Source: Longimicrobiales bacterium (GTDB lineage Bacteria > Gemmatimonadota > Gemmatimonadetes > Longimicrobiales > Gaopeijiaceae). From it: a stretch of 64,000 nt of DNA. The notes under the pieces were generated by a model. It was not told where the DNA came from. It was given only the letters and a program-made list of their open reading frames with translations, and did not search any database. Positions 59,242-64,000 of the stretch are shown here, one piece after another. Location of the stretch: positions 192,001 through 256,000 of the forward strand of contig OZ241892.1 of NCBI GenBank assembly GCA_965203485.1, read 5' to 3'. The position numbers and the translations under genes are program-made. Each line of letters begins with the position of its first letter. The first letter of the stretch is position 1.

Positions 59242-61568
59242 CGGCGCGCCAGACCTTCCTCGTGGCCCGCAAGGAATTGCGGAGCTTCTTCGACCAGCCC
59301 ACCGCCTACGTGCTGGCGGTGGCGTTCCTCGGGCTCAGCCTGTACTTGACGTTCCGCTCTCTCTACGCCATGGAGAGGGCCACGCTGCGGCCCTTCTTCG
59401 ACCTGCTGCCCTGGCTCCTCGTGGTCTTCGTGCCCGCCGCGGCGATGAAGGCTCTCGCGGAGGAGCGGCGCAGCCGGACGCTCGAATGGCTCGTGGCGCA
59501 GCCGCTCACCGAGACCGACATCGTGCTGGGCAAGTTTCTGGGCACGTGGGCGTTCGTGGGGCTGACGCTGGCGGGCACGCTCCCGGCGGCGGCGGGCGTG
59601 CTGGCGGCCTCGGAGGCCGACCCCGGGATCATGGCGGCCCAGTACGCGGGCGCCGCGCTTCTCGCCGCGCAGATGATCGCGATCGGATTGTGGGCCTCGG
59701 CGATGACCGGCAACCAGATCACCGCCTTCATCCTCGGCGCGTTCACGTGCTTCGGCCTCGTGCTGGCCGGGACGCCGGTCGTGCAGATCGGTCTGCCGCA
59801 GCCGGTGGGGGGATGGGTGTCCCAACTGGCGGTCCTCGGCCACTTCGAGAACGTGGCGCGCGGCGTGGTCGATCTGAGGGACCTGCTCTACTTCGCATCG
59901 ACGAGCGGCCTGTTTCTGCTGCTGGCGACGGCGGTGCTCAGCCGCAACCGCCTGAGCCTGCGCGACCCGGCGTACCGGCGGCTCCGCATCGGGGTGGGGG
60001 TGATCGCGGCGACCGTGCTGCTCGCCAACTTGGCCGGCGAACGCGTGCGCGGACGGCTCGACCTGACCCGCGACAACCTCTTCACGCTTTCCGCGGGAAG
60101 CCGCGACATCCTCGGCGGGCTCGACGACATCGTGAACCTGAGCCTCTTCGCGAGCGACGACCTGCCCCAGCAGATCGAGGTCACGATCCGCGACGTGAGG
60201 GACTTGGTGGCGGACATGGCAGACGCGTCCGACGACATGCTCGCAGTGCGCGAACTGAACCCGGACGACGACGAAGACGCCGCCGCCGAAGCCTCCTCGC
60301 TCGGAATCTCCCCGATCGAGTTCAACGTCCTGCGCGAGGACGAACTGCAGGTCAAGCGCGGCTACTTCGGCCTCGCGTTGACGTACGCCGACGAACAGGA
60401 GGTCATCCCCGTCATCGACCGCGTGCACGACCTGGAGTTCCGGCTGGTGTCGGCGGTCGCCCAGATGACCAGCGACGAGATGCCCACGGTGGCCTTCATG
60501 AGCGGCTTCCAGGCCAAGGAGGCGTACCAGTACGGCCAGTTCCGCGAGAGCATCTCCGACCGGTACCGCATCACGTCGATCGACGTCGCCAACGACAGCG
60601 CCGGCGCGCTTCGCCCGGACTCGATCGGCGTGCTCGTGGTCGCGGCTCCGGCGGAGCCCGTGTCGCCAGCGGTTGCGGACGCCGTCGGCGCCTACGTGGA
60701 CGCGGGCGGCAAGGCGTTCTTCCTGATGGAGCGTCACTTGCCCGATCCCCAGAGTCCCATCGCGAGGCCCGTCGTGACCGGCCTCGAGAGCGTCTTGGCG
60801 CGCTACGGCGTGGAGGCGCCGGGCGACATGGTCTTCGACCTCGTCTCTTCGCAGGCGGTGTCGATGCGGCGCGGATTCTTCGATGTCGTGCAGCCCTACC
60901 CGCTGTGGCCGATCGCCATGCGGGGCGACGAGCATGCCACCAACCGCGACCTCGGCAACGTGACCTTCGGCTGGGCGGCGCCGTTCACGTGGGACGACTC
61001 GGTGCGGGCAACCGCCCTGTGGACGACGACGGAAGGCGGAGGCACCAGGCCGGGCGGCGGGATGATCGATCCGTCGATGCAGCTGGCCTCCAGCGAGGAC
61101 GAGCTGGGCGTGCACGTGCTGGCGGTGGCCGTGGAGACGGGGGCGGGCGCGGATGCCGGCGATGCCGGGGATGCCGGGGAAGGCGACGGCGAAGAAGACG
61201 CGGCGGCGGGCGGGCGGATCGTCGCGGTGGGCGACGCCGACTTCCTCGAGGACCGGTTTGCGCAGGCCAGTCCGCAGAACCTGATCTTCGCGGCCAACGC
61301 GATCGACTGGCTGGCCCAGGACGAGTCGTTGATCGCGATCCGGTCGAAGGACCGCACGCCGCCGGCGCTGGTCTTCGAGTCGGAGTTCAGCAAGTCCGCC
61401 CTCAAGTGGGGGATGCTGGCAGGCGTGCCGCTGGTCTTCGTGGCCGTGGGCTTCGCGCGGGTGACGGGCCGGGCGGCGCGGGCCGAGCGGCGATGGACGG
61501 AGGCAGGCGGGGGCGAAGCCGCAAAGGGGAGAGCGGCGGGAGGACCGAAGGGAGGAGATGTCTCGTGA
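59238..61568 (+). CDS. GldF-GldG-like fusion (ABC permease + auxiliary domain)
   Basis: ARKELRSFF..AEERRSRTLEWL, RLDLTRDNLFTLS, VGDADF, NAIDWL; ATGA overlap. Confidence 0.87.
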   Translation: MTARQTFLVARKELRSFFDQPTAYVLAVAFLGLSLYLTFRSLYAMERATLRPFFDLLPWLLVVFVPAAAMKALAEERRSRTLEWLVAQPLTETDIVLGKFLGTWAFVGLTLAGTLPAAAGVLAASEADPGIMAAQYAGAALLAAQMIAIGLWASAMTGNQITAFILGAFTCFGLVLAGTPVVQIGLPQPVGGWVSQLAVLGHFENVARGVVDLRDLLYFASTSGLFLLLATAVLSRNRLSLRDPAYRRLRIGVGVIAATVLLANLAGERVRGRLDLTRDNLFTLSAGSRDILGGLDDIVNLSLFASDDLPQQIEVTIRDVRDLVADMADASDDMLAVRELNPDDDEDAAAEASSLGISPIEFNVLREDELQVKRGYFGLALTYADEQEVIPVIDRVHDLEFRLVSAVAQMTSDEMPTVAFMSGFQAKEAYQYGQFRESISDRYRITSIDVANDSAGALRPDSIGVLVVAAPAEPVSPAVADAVGAYVDAGGKAFFLMERHLPDPQSPIARPVVTGLESVLARYGVEAPGDMVFDLVSSQAVSMRRGFFDVVQPYPLWPIAMRGDEHATNRDLGNVTFGWAAPFTWDDSVRATALWTTTEGGGTRPGGGMIDPSMQLASSEDELGVHVLAVAVETGAGADAGDAGDAGEGDGEEDAAAGGRIVAVGDADFLEDRFAQASPQNLIFAANAIDWLAQDESLIAIRSKDRTPPALVFESEFSKSALKWGMLAGVPLVFVAVGFARVTGRAARAERRWTEAGGGEAAKGRAAGGPKGGDVS

Positions 61569-62461
61569 CCGAGAAGACGTTGCGCGGATCGCTCTACGCC
61601 CTGGTGGGCGTGGCGGCGCTGTACGTGGTGATCACGCTGAGCGGCGGCCGGGGCGGAGACGGTCCGTCCGGAAGTTCGCGGCTGGCGGAGGCGCTGGAGG
61701 ACATCGATCGCGCGGAGGTCGGGCGCGCCGACGTCGAGGGCCCGAGCGACACCGTCCGCCTGGCTCGCGAAGGCGACGCGTGGGTCGTCAACGGCTTTCC
61801 CGCGGACTCTGCCGCCGTGGAGCGGTTCCTGCGCGCCTTGGACGAGACGTCGGTGAGTTCGGTCGCGTCCACCAACGCCGACAATCACGCGCGCTTGGGC
61901 GTGGACGCCGACAGCGCGTGGACGCTCTCGGTGGACGGCGCGCCGCCGATCCTGCTGGGCAAGTCCGGCGCCCGCTACCGAACCGCGTTTGCGCGCATGC
62001 CCGGCGAGGACGTGGTAAGCCTGCTCTCGGGCGACCTGCGCTCGGCGGCGGCGCGCCCGCTCCTGGACTGGCGCGACAAGACGATCCTGCGCGTGGACAC
62101 GGCCGCGGCGGCCGCCATCCGCATCACCCGGGACGGCGGCCGCACCGACTACGAGCGCGGCGACTCGGCTTGGACCGCGGGCGGCGCGATGGCCGAGGAC
62201 GCCACCATCCGCGGCATCCTGCAGGAACTCGCCCATCTGCGGGCGAGCCGTTTTGCGCCCCCGGACTACGAGATGCCCGCGAGCCCGGAACGGGCCGTTC
62301 AGGTCTTGGACGCGGAGGGCGCCGAGATCGCCTCGCTCTCGTTGGCCGAAGCGGACGGCGACTTCCACGTGGTCACGCCGGCCAGCCCCTACGTGTTCGT
62401 GGTGGCGGCCTTCCGGGCGAACCGGGTCGCGCCCGGGCCGCCGGACGAGGAGGGGAGCTAA
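61565..62461 (+). CDS. DUF4340-like protein
   Basis: N-terminal TM, WVVNGFPADSAAVERFL, DWRDK; usual position after gldG-like genes; GTGA overlap. Confidence 0.75.
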   Translation: MTEKTLRGSLYALVGVAALYVVITLSGGRGGDGPSGSSRLAEALEDIDRAEVGRADVEGPSDTVRLAREGDAWVVNGFPADSAAVERFLRALDETSVSSVASTNADNHARLGVDADSAWTLSVDGAPPILLGKSGARYRTAFARMPGEDVVSLLSGDLRSAAARPLLDWRDKTILRVDTAAAAAIRITRDGGRTDYERGDSAWTAGGAMAEDATIRGILQELAHLRASRFAPPDYEMPASPERAVQVLDAEGAEIASLSLAEADGDFHVVTPASPYVFVVAAFRANRVAPGPPDEEGS

Positions 62462-62467
62462 GTCCGC

Positions 62468-64000
62468 GTGGGCCGCCGCCAGGAACGCTACGACGCGGTC
62501 GTAGTCGGGTCGGGGGCGGCGGGCGGCATGACGGCGTTCGTTCTCGCCGTGTCGGGGTTGCGGGTGCTCTTGCTGGAGGCGGGACGCCACTACGACCCCC
62601 TGCGCGAGACGCCCATGTTCCAGTTGCCGCGCGAGGCGCCGTTGCGGGCGGCGGGCACGCGCCACAAGCCGTTCGGCTTCTACGACGCCACCGTGGACGG
62701 CGGCTGGGAGGTGCCGGGCGAGCCGTACTCGGTGGCCGAGGGATCCGAGTTCTTGTGGTGGCGCTCGCGAATGCTGGGCGGGCGCACCAATCACTGGGGC
62801 CGCATCTCGTTGCGCATGGGCGAGTACGACTTCAAGCCGAAGAGCCGGGACGGGCTCGGCTTCGACTGGCCGATGAGCTATGGGGACTTGGCGCCCTACT
62901 ACGACAAGACCGAGGCGCTGATCGGCGTCTACGGCTCGAACGAGGGCCTGGAGAACACGCCCGACTCCTCTCCCGGCGTGCTCCAGCCGCCGCCCAAGCC
63001 GCGCGCCTACGAGTTGCTGACCCGCAAGGCGTGCCGCCGCATGGGGATTCCGGTCGTCCCGGCGCACTTGGCCATCCTCACCGAGATGCAGGACGCGGAC
63101 CGGCTCCCGGCTCGGCTCTTCCCGGGAAATCCGCTGGCCCAGCGCGTGACCGCGGATTCGATGCGCGGCCGCGCCGCCTGCTACTGGGCGACGCCTTGCG
63201 GCCGAGGCTGCTCGATCCGGGCCAACTTCCAGTCCACGACCGTGCTGCTGCCGCCCGCGCTGGCCACGGGGAACCTCGACGTGCGGAGCGGCGCCATGGT
63301 TCGCGAGGTCGCCGTGGACGCGAGCGGGCGAGCCAGCGGCGTCCATTACGTGGACAAGGAGACGTTGCGCGACGAGTTCGCTGGCGCGCGCGTCGTGGTG
63401 TTGGCGGCGAGCGCCTGCGAGTCCGCGCGCATCCTCCTCAATTCCAAGAGCGCCCTCTTTCCGGACGGCTTGGCCAACTCGTCGGGGCTCGTGGGCAAGT
63501 ACGTCATGGACACCGTGGGCGCCGGCGTGCAGGCCCACATTCCGGCGCTGGAGGGACTGCCGCCCCACAACGAGGACGGGGCGTCGGGCATGCACATGTA
63601 CATGCCCTGGTGGCTGTACGGCGAACAACGCGGAGGCGCATTGGATTTCGCTCGGGGATACCACGTGGAGTTCGGCGGAGGCCGCGGGATGCCCGGCTTC
63701 GGCGCGTTCTCCGGCGTCGAGCCGCTGACGGAGGGCAGCTACGGCCGGCAGTTCAAGGACGACTGCCGCCGCTTCTACGGTAGCTTCCTTCACTTCGACG
63801 GACGCGGCGAGATGATTCCCAACGAGGACTGCTACTGCGAGATCGACCCCGAAAAGGTGGACCGCTACGGAATTCCCGTCCTCAAGTTCCACTGGAAGTG
63901 GTCCGAGCACGAGACCAGACAAGCCGCGCACATGCACGGCGCCTTCGCCGAGATCGTCGACGAAATGGGCGGACGGGTGCTGACGCCGTTGCAGACCGAC
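62468..64000 (+). CDS. GMC-family FAD oxidoreductase, 3' truncated by the window edge
   Basis: YDAVVVGSGAAGG, LLEAG, LGGRTNHWGR, ESARILLNS; absent from the ORF track because there is no stop in the window. Confidence 0.9.
   Translation, partial: MGRRQERYDAVVVGSGAAGGMTAFVLAVSGLRVLLLEAGRHYDPLRETPMFQLPREAPLRAAGTRHKPFGFYDATVDGGWEVPGEPYSVAEGSEFLWWRSRMLGGRTNHWGRISLRMGEYDFKPKSRDGLGFDWPMSYGDLAPYYDKTEALIGVYGSNEGLENTPDSSPGVLQPPPKPRAYELLTRKACRRMGIPVVPAHLAILTEMQDADRLPARLFPGNPLAQRVTADSMRGRAACYWATPCGRGCSIRANFQSTTVLLPPALATGNLDVRSGAMVREVAVDASGRASGVHYVDKETLRDEFAGARVVVLAASACESARILLNSKSALFPDGLANSSGLVGKYVMDTVGAGVQAHIPALEGLPPHNEDGASGMHMYMPWWLYGEQRGGALDFARGYHVEFGGGRGMPGFGAFSGVEPLTEGSYGRQFKDDCRRFYGSFLHFDGRGEMIPNEDCYCEIDPEKVDRYGIPVLKFHWKWSEHETRQAAHMHGAFAEIVDEMGGRVLTPLQTD

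Noticed and set aside
58210..62461. Gliding-motility system
   Set aside because: GldA/F/G-like ABC operons with DUF4340 are widespread in non-gliding bacteria; no other gld or spr genes are present here

Overview
Very GC-rich bacterial chromosomal window. Gene content and style suggest Gemmatimonadota, possibly a host-associated lineage; this is inference only. Housekeeping blocks: menA-menE-tyrS-purE-purK, rho, an mlaEFD-NUDIX-AI-2E operon, an ABC exporter, thiC, a split aconitase X, glutamine synthetase III, a TonB-dependent receptor, a Gld-like ABC operon and a GMC oxidoreductase running off the end. Accessory features are as follows. (1) A lower-GC defence island at about 47.4-54.3 kb holds an intact ABC-ATPase + DUF4276/TOPRIM pair, a decayed vapBC, a deletion chimera of a type IIG-like RM enzyme and DUF5131, and an intact three-gene TIR / TIR-TIR-X / stand-alone SLOG operon (Thoeris-III-like, no recognisable effector). 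This is the best candidate for a new or variant system. (2) A minus-strand run holds Fic, an Ig-repeat leishmanolysin-like pseudo-protease (HQxxH), its active paralog (HExxH), an EcxA-like protease and an alphaCTD-sigma4 fusion protein. (3) A His-propeller / Met-His protein / multicopper oxidase operon. (4) A heptad-repeat gene inserted between the acnX subunits. (5) A pseudo-ATPase divergent from GSIII. (6) Several pseudogenes, some with large central deletions. No tRNA, rRNA, CRISPR array, integrase or transposase was recognised. All family calls come from motif recognition by eye, not from database searches.
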